This document shows positions 56,723 to 64,000 of a stretch of 64,000 nt of DNA, piece by piece. This stretch comes from a virus, in IMG/VR virus record IMGVR_UViG_3300023179_000096, positions 5,935-69,934 of that record. One strand, written 5' to 3'. The notes under the pieces are model-generated. The model saw only the letters and a list, made by a program, of their open reading frames with translations, was not told the DNA's origin and ran no database searches. Each line of letters begins with the position of its first letter. Positions within the stretch are counted from its first letter, which is position 1. The translations under genes were made by a program, and so were the position numbers.

Positions 56723-57823
56723 ATGTCAGTCGAACAAAAAATTAAAGAGTTGCTTAGCCGTTCTGGTGCTAAGCAACAACTGACTGAAGAATCTAAAGAA
56801 GACCTTACTGCAAGCGGTATGGCCGATACAGGTGCAATGGCTGCTATGAAAATGTCTCGTGACACATCAAAAGCAGGAAAACCAGCAAATGCAGGTGACA
56901 CAACAGCACCTAAGCAAGGTTCTTCACAAGATGCTTCATACAGTGAATGGGATGAAGACGAGGCTAATCAAGGCGCAAAAGCTTCAGCATCAGTTTCAAA
57001 AGATAACACACTTCCAATGTCAAAGGGTGACGCAAAGTCGGTAAAAGTCCCAGCTATGGAAGAACAAGAAAATGAAGGTGAGATTGTTGTTGAACAAGAT
57101 ATTGATGTTCAATCGCAACTTAATTCCATTTTTGGCGAAGAACTTTCTGAAGAATTTAAAACTAAAGCTTCTTCTATTTTTGAAGCAGCAGTTATTGCTC
57201 GTGTAAATAACGAGATGGAAAAGGTAACCGCTCGTTTAGAAGAGCAAGCAAATCAACAACTACAAGACTATAAAGATGGTCTAGTTGAAAAAGTCGATTC
57301 ATATCTCAATTATATTGTTGAGCAGTGGATGGAAGAAAATTCTTTAGCTGTTGAGTCAGGTTTACGAACCGAAATAGCTGAAGATTTTATTTCAGGCCTT
57401 AAGACTCTATTTAAAGAACATTATATCGAAGTACCTGATGAGAAGTTTGACGTACTAGAGGAGCTTCAGACGAAAGCTCAAGAACTAGAAGATAAACTGA
57501 ATGAAGAAATTGAAAAAAATGTTTTAGCTTCCAAAGAACTTAGTTCAGTAAAACAATCTAAGATTTTTGAAGAGCAGACAAAAGATCTAGCGGCTACAGA
57601 AGTTGAAAAACTAAAAAAGCTAGTTGAGGGAGTAGAGTTTGAAAATGAAGATCTTTATCGTGAGAAAGTTGCCGTAATTAAGGAAAACTATTTCCCTAAA
57701 GCTGCTTCAAAATCACCTGAAAAAGTTTTAGTGGAAGAAAGCGGTACTAACCCAGCTGCTTTTGATAATTCTGTCATGACAAAGTACGTTCAGGCTTTAT
57801 CTAGAACAGTCAAAACTCGTTAA
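56723..57823 (+). CDS. 22: Prohead scaffold gp22
   Basis: LSEEFKTKASSIFEAA, KVDSYLNYIVEQW, acidic coiled coil. Confidence 0.92.
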   Translation: MSVEQKIKELLSRSGAKQQLTEESKEDLTASGMADTGAMAAMKMSRDTSKAGKPANAGDTTAPKQGSSQDASYSEWDEDEANQGAKASASVSKDNTLPMSKGDAKSVKVPAMEEQENEGEIVVEQDIDVQSQLNSIFGEELSEEFKTKASSIFEAAVIARVNNEMEKVTARLEEQANQQLQDYKDGLVEKVDSYLNYIVEQWMEENSLAVESGLRTEIAEDFISGLKTLFKEHYIEVPDEKFDVLEELQTKAQELEDKLNEEIEKNVLASKELSSVKQSKIFEEQTKDLAATEVEKLKKLVEGVEFENEDLYREKVAVIKENYFPKAASKSPEKVLVEESGTNPAAFDNSVMTKYVQALSRTVKTR

Positions 57824-57825
57824 TT

Positions 57826-57833
57826 TATAAATA
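57826..57833 (+). promoter_or_regulatory. T4 late promoter
   Basis: TATAAATA upstream of gp23. Confidence 0.8.
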
Positions 57834-57863
57834 TAACAGAACATTTCCATAAAGGAGAAGGTA

Positions 57864-59201
57864 ATGTACCTATCAGAACAACTACAAGATAAATGGGGCG
57901 CAGTTCTCAATCATACTGAGCTTCCAGAAATTAAAGACAGCTACAAGCGCACAGTAACTGCTGTTCTTCTAGAGAACCAAGAAAAGGCTCTCCGTGAAGA
58001 TCGTCAGATGCTATCCGAATTAGCTCCCGCTAACAACTCGTTTGAAACAGCCGGTATCGATCGTTACGATCCAATTCTAATTGGTTTAGTACGCCGTGCT
58101 ATGCCTAATCTAATGGCATACGATATCTGCGGTGTTCAGCCTATGACTGGACCAACAGGTTTAATTTTCGCAATGCGTTCAGTATATGGCAATACTCGTA
58201 CTGATTCTGGCTTGACTGAAGCTCTTTACAACGAAGCAGATACAGACTTCTCGTCTTCAGGCTTCTCATCACCTCTTGCCGGAGATGGTACACCTAAGAA
58301 CGGCACTCACGTTGGCAGCAACCCTGTAGATGGTTCATACACAACCGGTAAGGGTATGACCACAGCTGAAGGTGAAGCGATAGGTGACTCAGCTTCAAAT
58401 GCTTTCGGTCAAATGGCATTTGCTATTGACAAGACTACCGTTACAGCTCGTACCCGTGCTCTAAAGGCTGAATACACCTTAGAACTCGCTCAAGATCTTA
58501 AGGCTGTACATGGTCTGGATGCCGAGTCAGAGCTTTCAAACATCCTTTCACAAGAAATCATGTTTGAAATTAACCGTGAAGTTGTTCGTACAATCTACAC
58601 CGTAGCTAAGCCTGGCTCACCTGCTACTGCAACCGCTGGTACTTTCAACCTAGACGTTGACTCAAACGGCCGTTGGTCAGTCGAGCGCTTTAAGGGTCTA
58701 TTGTTTAATATTGAGCGTGATGCTAATCACATCGGTCAAGATACCCGTCGTGGTAAGGGTAACTTTATCGTCTGTTCAGCAGACGTTGCTTCAGCCCTAT
58801 CAATGGCTGGCGTTCTTGATTATGCTCCTGCTCTATCAACCAACTTAAATGTTGATGATACAGGTAACACCTTCGCTGGTATTCTAAACGGACGTTATCG
58901 TGTTTATGTTGACCCATACTCTGCTAACCTAGGAGCTGCTTCTCAGTTCTATGTTGTTGGTTACAAGGGTACATCACCATACGATGCTGGTATTTTCTAC
59001 TGCCCATACGTTCCTCTACAAATGGTTCGTGCAGTTGATCCTAACAGCTTCCAGCCAAAGATTGGTTTCAAGACACGTTATGGCATGATCGCTAACCCAT
59101 ACGTTACAACTAACGCTAATGCTGCTACTGCTGATGCTGATACATTTACAGCTAACCGCAACCAATACTATCGTCGTTCAAAGGTTGTTAATCTGATGTA
59201 A
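57864..59201 (+). CDS. 23: Major capsid protein gp23
   Basis: GVQPMTGPTGLIFAMR, ELAQDLKAVHGLDAE, FQPKIGFKTRYG. Confidence 0.99.
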   Translation: MYLSEQLQDKWGAVLNHTELPEIKDSYKRTVTAVLLENQEKALREDRQMLSELAPANNSFETAGIDRYDPILIGLVRRAMPNLMAYDICGVQPMTGPTGLIFAMRSVYGNTRTDSGLTEALYNEADTDFSSSGFSSPLAGDGTPKNGTHVGSNPVDGSYTTGKGMTTAEGEAIGDSASNAFGQMAFAIDKTTVTARTRALKAEYTLELAQDLKAVHGLDAESELSNILSQEIMFEINREVVRTIYTVAKPGSPATATAGTFNLDVDSNGRWSVERFKGLLFNIERDANHIGQDTRRGKGNFIVCSADVASALSMAGVLDYAPALSTNLNVDDTGNTFAGILNGRYRVYVDPYSANLGAASQFYVVGYKGTSPYDAGIFYCPYVPLQMVRAVDPNSFQPKIGFKTRYGMIANPYVTTNANAATADADTFTANRNQYYRRSKVVNLM

Positions 59202-59231
59202 TTGATAAAACCGACGAAGATCGGTGTTTAG

Positions 59232-59258
59232 AGAGGGAGCATAGCTCCCTCTTTTTTT
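59232..59258 (+). terminator. Intrinsic terminator after gp23
   Basis: AGAGGGAGC-ATA-GCTCCCTCT then TTTTTT. Confidence 0.9.
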
Positions 59259-59259
59259 G

Positions 59260-59267
59260 GATAAATA
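59260..59267 (+). promoter_or_regulatory. Late promoter for gp3
   Basis: GATAAATA right after the terminator, 5 nt before the ATG. Confidence 0.55.
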
Positions 59268-59272
59268 TTACC

Positions 59273-59860
59273 ATGGCATACACATCTAATCTATCTACAC
59301 TTCTTCTAGACGTTACTAACGGCTCCCCGGCTGTATATAATTATCTAAGACCGAATGCGTTTAGGTTTTCTATTAAAGATCTCCCTAACGTGGCCTATAC
59401 GTGCCAATCTGCAAACCTTCCTGCTCTCCAGTTAGGGTTTACAATTCAACCCACACCTTTTCAAGATCTTCCAAGAATTGGAGATAAAAATGATTTTGGT
59501 GAATTCACTATTCGGTTTCTTATTGCCGAAGATATGTCAAATTATCTGGAATTATTTGAATGGCTTATTGCACTTGGCTTCCCTGACGACTATAATCAAT
59601 ACAGATCATTCACTGGAAATAGATTAAATCGTTTTCCTTTTTATAAAAATAACCGTGGGGATACCGAAGCTTTGGCATATTCAGACGGAACGCTTACCAT
59701 TTTAGATAGCAATAATGTACCTAAAACTAATATAATACTTCATGATTTGTTTCCGGTTTCTTTAGAGGCGCTGGACTTTGATGTAACATCTTCCGCAGTT
59801 GAATATTTTGTTGGGATAGCTTCTTTTAAGTATACATCATTTACTATTGAAGCTTTATAA
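59273..59860 (+). CDS. 3: Tail completion protein gp3
   Basis: CQSANLP, FLIAEDMSNYLE..W, SDGTLTILDSN, LFPVSL. Confidence 0.85.
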   Translation: MAYTSNLSTLLLDVTNGSPAVYNYLRPNAFRFSIKDLPNVAYTCQSANLPALQLGFTIQPTPFQDLPRIGDKNDFGEFTIRFLIAEDMSNYLELFEWLIALGFPDDYNQYRSFTGNRLNRFPFYKNNRGDTEALAYSDGTLTILDSNNVPKTNIILHDLFPVSLEALDFDVTSSAVEYFVGIASFKYTSFTIEAL

Positions 59861-59880
59861 TTTAATAAATTGGAGTTAAC

Positions 59881-60756
59881 ATGACACGACAAGTGAAATT
59901 GAGCCTTGAAGAGGTTCGTAAAAATAAATTTTTCGTAGCCACGCCCTGTTACGGTGGGCAGTTGATGGAGCCTTACTTTAGATCAACTGTCAAACTTATG
60001 ACATTTTTTAATCAACATCAGATTCCTCTAGCATTCGGCACTATTGCTAACGAATCTCTAGTTACTCGGGCTCGAAATGTGCTTCTTGCATACTTCTTAA
60101 ATTCCGATTACACACATCTACTTTTCATTGATGCAGATATTGAGTTTCAGGTAGAAGATGTACTAAAGCTTTATGCAGCAGATAAAGATGTTGTTGTAGG
60201 GGCATATCCTAAGAAGGGCGTTGCATGGCAACGTATTAAGGAAAATATTCTTGCTAAACCAAGTCAGCCGCTGTCAGACAAAGATATTGCTGCCCATGGC
60301 TCAGATTATGCCGTTAATTTTAAATTTGTTAGCAAAGAAACAAAAACCATCGCGGTAGAAAACGGCTTAGTTAAATTGCATGACGCAGGTACTGGCTTTA
60401 TGATGATAAAGCGTGAAGCTATTCTTAAACTTCTCAAAGCGTACCCTGATCTCAAATATAATAATGACGTAAATATTAATAATTCTCAAATGGATAATCA
60501 ATTCTATGCTCTTTTTGATACCATGATCGATCCTATTGATAAGCGTTACTTATCAGAAGATTATACTTTCTGTCGCAGATGGCAGGAAATAGGGGGAGAT
60601 ATCTGGCTAGATCCATCAATTTCTCTAAACCATTACGGTCATTTCTGTTTTCAAGGCAACCCTAATGCTATTATTAACTGGGGTGAGCCTGTCCCTCTTC
60701 CATCGGAAGAAAAGCAAGAAGTTAAAACTATTGACCTCCCTGATGAGGTAGAATAA
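59881..60756 (+). CDS. GT-A fold glycosyltransferase-like protein
   Basis: VATPCYGG, NESLVTRARN, HLLFIDAD (DxD), GTGFM, YLSEDYTFC. Confidence 0.8.
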   Translation: MTRQVKLSLEEVRKNKFFVATPCYGGQLMEPYFRSTVKLMTFFNQHQIPLAFGTIANESLVTRARNVLLAYFLNSDYTHLLFIDADIEFQVEDVLKLYAADKDVVVGAYPKKGVAWQRIKENILAKPSQPLSDKDIAAHGSDYAVNFKFVSKETKTIAVENGLVKLHDAGTGFMMIKREAILKLLKAYPDLKYNNDVNINNSQMDNQFYALFDTMIDPIDKRYLSEDYTFCRRWQEIGGDIWLDPSISLNHYGHFCFQGNPNAIINWGEPVPLPSEEKQEVKTIDLPDEVE

Positions 60757-60783
60757 AACGGTATGTAGATAATAATTTTTATT

Positions 60784-61224
60784 ATGAAACTATCTGAACT
60801 GCAAGAAGAATGGAACAAGGACTCTGCGATCGACGAAACTAATCTAGGTCGCGAGTCCACGCGCGTTCCCACCTTGCATGCAAAATACCTTAATCAATTA
60901 TCTAAAGCAAAACTCCAGCTGCGAAAAGCTGAATCCGATTACTTTAATACACGCAGATTAAAGTATCGATATTACCGTGGGGAAATGTCTAATGAAGAAC
61001 TCTCTGTTCTAGAGTGGGAACAATTTCAAGGTAATAAACCACTTAAAAATGAAATGGATGAATTTCTTCAATGCGATAAAGATCTAATCGAACTGCAAGA
61101 TAAAGTGGAATATTTTAAAACAGTTATCTTCACTCTCGAACAAATACTACGGTCAATTAATTCAAGAACCTGGGATATAAAAACCGCTGTAGAGTGGCAT
61201 AAGTTTACTAATGGTATGATGTGA
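60784..61224 (+). CDS. uvsY: Recombination mediator UvsY
   Basis: W.KDS.ID, LHAKY, YYRG, RTWDIKTAVEW. Confidence 0.9.
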   Translation: MKLSELQEEWNKDSAIDETNLGRESTRVPTLHAKYLNQLSKAKLQLRKAESDYFNTRRLKYRYYRGEMSNEELSVLEWEQFQGNKPLKNEMDEFLQCDKDLIELQDKVEYFKTVIFTLEQILRSINSRTWDIKTAVEWHKFTNGMM

Positions 61225-62705
61225 TGGGCGACATTCAATTACAAAAAAAGAATGAAGTTTACCTAAAGGTTCTTTGCGATCCTTCTATAGGTCAAGAACT
61301 TTCAGATCATTTTTGTTTTGAAGTACCTGGGGCAAAATTCAATCCACTGTTTCGTAATAAAATGTGGGATGGTAAAATAAGGTTATATTCTATTCTTACC
61401 AAAGAGCTTTATGTAGGGTTATTGCCATATCTGGAACACTTTGCAGAAGTTAATAACTACAGTATAAATTATGAACAGTACCACCAACAAGCAGACTCTG
61501 TTACCCCGGAGCTGGTCAAACAGTTTGTGGAAGAACTTAATATATCATTACCCGGGGACCAATTAGTTAGAGACTATCAACTTGATGCAATATACAGAGC
61601 AATTACTGATGCAAGACGGTTGCTTCTTTCACCAACAGGATCGGGTAAATCATTAATTATATACTGCTTACTCCGGTGGAATGAAAGGTATGGGAGAAAG
61701 CAACTTATCCTAGTTCCTACAACCTCTCTTGTGGAACAAATGTATTCTGATTTTCAAGCTTACTCCGCAGACAATGGATGGAAAGTGTCGTACAATTGCT
61801 CGCGCATTTACTCAGGCCACACTAAAGATAATCTCTTACCAATTGTAATATCAACCTGGCAATCGGTGTACGATCTTCCTAAAAAATGGTTTGAGCAATT
61901 CGAATGCATTTACGGTGATGAAGCGCATAATTTTAAGGCTAAATCTTTAACCAGCATTATGCATAAAATGGTTAACACCCCGTACCGAATAGGTACAACA
62001 GGCACCTTAGACGGCACCAAAACACATAAACTAGTGCTTGAAGGTTTGTTTGGACCGGTTTATAAAGTTACTAATACCAAAGCTCTAATGGATAATGATC
62101 AGTTAGCCGAACTTAAAATATTTGGTCTAATTTTAGAGTATAAGGACGATGTTAAGAAAGCTAATAAAGAACTAAAATATCAGGAAGAAATGGATTTTCT
62201 TTGCACATATGAGCCTAGAAATAAGTTCATACGCAATTTAGCTTTATCTCAAAAAGGTAATACCCTAGTTCTATTTCAGTATGTAGAAAAACATGGAGTA
62301 GTACTCCACGATATGATTAAAGAAAAGGCGGAAGAAGGTCGAAAAATATTTTTTGTTTACGGGGGTACTGATACGGAACAAAGAGAACAAATTCGCCACA
62401 TTACAGAAAAAGAAAATAGCGCTATTATAGTAGCGTCATACGGTACTTTTTCCACAGGCATAAATATTCGAAACTTACATAATGTTATATTTGCTTCACC
62501 CACAAAGTCAAGAATCAGAAATCTTCAATCGATAGGTCGAGGGTTGCGCTTAGGGGATGATAAGACTCATTGTAATCTATACGACATTGGAGATGACATG
62601 ACGTGGAAAGCAAGGAAAAATTTTACCCTGCTTCATATGATTGAAAGAATTAAAATTTATAATGACGAGCATTTCGACTATAAGCTTGTTAAGGTACAAA
62701 TTTAA
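61221..62705 (+). CDS. uvsW: DNA helicase UvsW
   Basis: RDYQ, SPTGSGKS, GDEAH, FSTGINI, QSIGRGLR. Confidence 0.96.
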   Translation: MMGDIQLQKKNEVYLKVLCDPSIGQELSDHFCFEVPGAKFNPLFRNKMWDGKIRLYSILTKELYVGLLPYLEHFAEVNNYSINYEQYHQQADSVTPELVKQFVEELNISLPGDQLVRDYQLDAIYRAITDARRLLLSPTGSGKSLIIYCLLRWNERYGRKQLILVPTTSLVEQMYSDFQAYSADNGWKVSYNCSRIYSGHTKDNLLPIVISTWQSVYDLPKKWFEQFECIYGDEAHNFKAKSLTSIMHKMVNTPYRIGTTGTLDGTKTHKLVLEGLFGPVYKVTNTKALMDNDQLAELKIFGLILEYKDDVKKANKELKYQEEMDFLCTYEPRNKFIRNLALSQKGNTLVLFQYVEKHGVVLHDMIKEKAEEGRKIFFVYGGTDTEQREQIRHITEKENSAIIVASYGTFSTGINIRNLHNVIFASPTKSRIRNLQSIGRGLRLGDDKTHCNLYDIGDDMTWKARKNFTLLHMIERIKIYNDEHFDYKLVKVQI

Positions 62706-63151
62706 TGCACTGTAAATTTTTAAAGTTAACTAACGGTGAAGATATTATAGTACAAACTGATGATATATGTGATACATTTAAAGATAAAGAATTTATTAAT
62801 ATAATTGATCCTGTTTTAATAGCGTCAATGAGAATTCCTCGTGGTGCAGTAATTATAGAGTCCTATATAATGCAACCTTGGATAAAAATGGCCAAATCTG
62901 ATGTTGTTCAACTCCCTACAAAAAATATTATTGTAGCTGTTGATATTCATAAAGAGGCGGAAGAACAATATTTAAAATATGTCGAGGAATCTAATTCTCA
63001 AGAATTAGATTCTGCTAATGAAATTCAATTTGAAGAAGAGGAAGAAACTGAAAATGTTACTCTAGAGGATTATATTAATTCGCTAGGTGACGATACAGAA
63101 GAAGAAGATGACCGATTACCAAGAACCAGAGTTGGAAGAATACTCCACTGA
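62705..63151 (+). CDS. Hypothetical protein
   Basis: LKLTNGEDII, M.PW; lies between uvsW and gp55. Confidence 0.75.
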   Translation: MHCKFLKLTNGEDIIVQTDDICDTFKDKEFINIIDPVLIASMRIPRGAVIIESYIMQPWIKMAKSDVVQLPTKNIIVAVDIHKEAEEQYLKYVEESNSQELDSANEIQFEEEEETENVTLEDYINSLGDDTEEEDDRLPRTRVGRILH

Positions 63152-63704
63152 AACAAAACCCGCTCATTACGTTGATAATAAGAAATTTTTAGCAGCGTTA
63201 ATTGAATACCGTCAGCAAGTACTAGATGCTCAAGCCAAAGGGTTAGATAAACCTATAGTAAGCCGGTATCTAGGTGAATGCTTTATAAAGATTGCAACTC
63301 ACCTATCTTATAAAGCTAACTTTATTAACTATACCTTTAAAGACGATATGATTTCGGACGGTATAGAAAATTGTCTAACTGCTGTAGAAAAATTTGACCC
63401 CTCAAAATCTGCAAACCCTTTTGCATACTACACTCAAATTATATATTTTGCTTTTGTTAGACGAATACAAAAAGAAAAAAAACAGCAAGCTACTAAGTAT
63501 AAATTTTTAGAAAACATCGACATTGATCAAATTGTATCTCAATCGGAAGATAATGAAGAGATAATCAATCATTTAATGGAAATGGTTCGTAAACAATCAG
63601 ATCAAATTGATCCTGATAGAAAAATTATTAAGGGTAAACCGGGTAGAAAGAAAAAAATTAAGGAAATACCAGAAACACCGGAAACACTTGATAAATTTGA
63701 TTAA
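63108..63704 (+). CDS. 55: Late sigma factor gp55
   Basis: HYVDNKKF, NFINYT, MISDGIENC, NPFAYYTQI; ATG 63108 preferred over GTG 63087. Confidence 0.95.
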   Translation: MTDYQEPELEEYSTETKPAHYVDNKKFLAALIEYRQQVLDAQAKGLDKPIVSRYLGECFIKIATHLSYKANFINYTFKDDMISDGIENCLTAVEKFDPSKSANPFAYYTQIIYFAFVRRIQKEKKQQATKYKFLENIDIDQIVSQSEDNEEIINHLMEMVRKQSDQIDPDRKIIKGKPGRKKKIKEIPETPETLDKFD

Positions 63705-63716
63705 ACCTTATATAAT
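63688..63716 (+). promoter_or_regulatory. Sigma70-type early promoter for queE
   Basis: TTGATA-17 nt-TATAAT. Confidence 0.8.
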
Positions 63717-63719
63717 CAC

Positions 63720-63785
63720 CGTGCCATTCCACGTAAACTATGCAGCTGTCCTTCCAGCTGTACAATAACTAGGAGTTATCGTTGT
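63720..63785 (+). promoter_or_regulatory. Structured 5' leader of queE
   Basis: Two hairpins with pyrimidine-rich hexaloops, plus pairings that can occlude the SD. Confidence 0.45.
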
Positions 63786-64000
63786 CTAAAATTAAAATTG
63801 CGGAGTTATTTTACTCCATTCAAGGCGAGGGGCGCTATATGGGTGTACCTTCTGTCTTCCTTAGAACTTTCGGCTGTAACTTTACATGTGATGGTTTTGG
63901 AATGCCTCCAGGTAATAAAAGTCAGGAGCGTCATGATGTTGCAGCTAAAGTTGATCAAATCAAAACTTACAAAGATCTTCCTCTTGTATCATCTGGGTGT
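63782..64000 (+). CDS. queE: Radical SAM 7-carboxy-7-deazaguanine synthase, 3'-truncated (not in ORF track)
   Basis: AGGAG 63771-63775 with TTG start; ELFYSIQGEGRYMGVPSVFLRTFGCNFTC. Confidence 0.9.
   Translation, partial: MSKIKIAELFYSIQGEGRYMGVPSVFLRTFGCNFTCDGFGMPPGNKSQERHDVAAKVDQIKTYKDLPLVSSGC

Noticed and set aside
48808-62705. Introns, inteins or homing endonucleases in terminase, portal, capsid or UvsW
   Set aside because: The ORFs are continuous and of ordinary length, with no splicing or LAGLIDADG/HNH/GIY-YIG motifs seen

Overview
A 64-kb, AT-rich, densely coded segment of a T4-like myovirus genome. The IscU, ErpA and tmRNA tag sequences suggest a proteobacterial (probably betaproteobacterial) host; this is an inference. 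From left to right the window holds: PhoH, IscU, ErpA, a GH19 endolysin and an exonuclease; a circularly permuted two-piece tmRNA; SleB, gp33, gp59 and gp32; a minus-strand block (tape-measure-like, gp51, gp26, gp54, gp2, gp4); the baseplate operon (gp48, gp53, gp27-like, a split gp5, PAAR, gp25, gp6, gp7, gp8, VrlC-like); an accessory fibre and modification island; neck, terminase, tail and head genes (gp13 to gp23, gp3); then a glycosyltransferase, UvsY, UvsW, gp55 and the start of QueE. The strongest candidate novel system is an ~11% cysteine fibre protein followed by its chaperone, a GT9/heptosyltransferase-like enzyme with Arg at the usual catalytic Asp position, a carbamoyltransferase and a degenerate GmhB-like protein, which may together perform Cys-directed virion glycosylation. 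Other notable signals are a small membrane-peptide ORF filling the tmRNA intervening segment, a -1 frameshift joining gp26 to gp51 just before the tape measure gene, a structured leader upstream of queE, and an apparent AUU start for gp15. All product calls come from motif recognition and gene order by eye; no database search was run.
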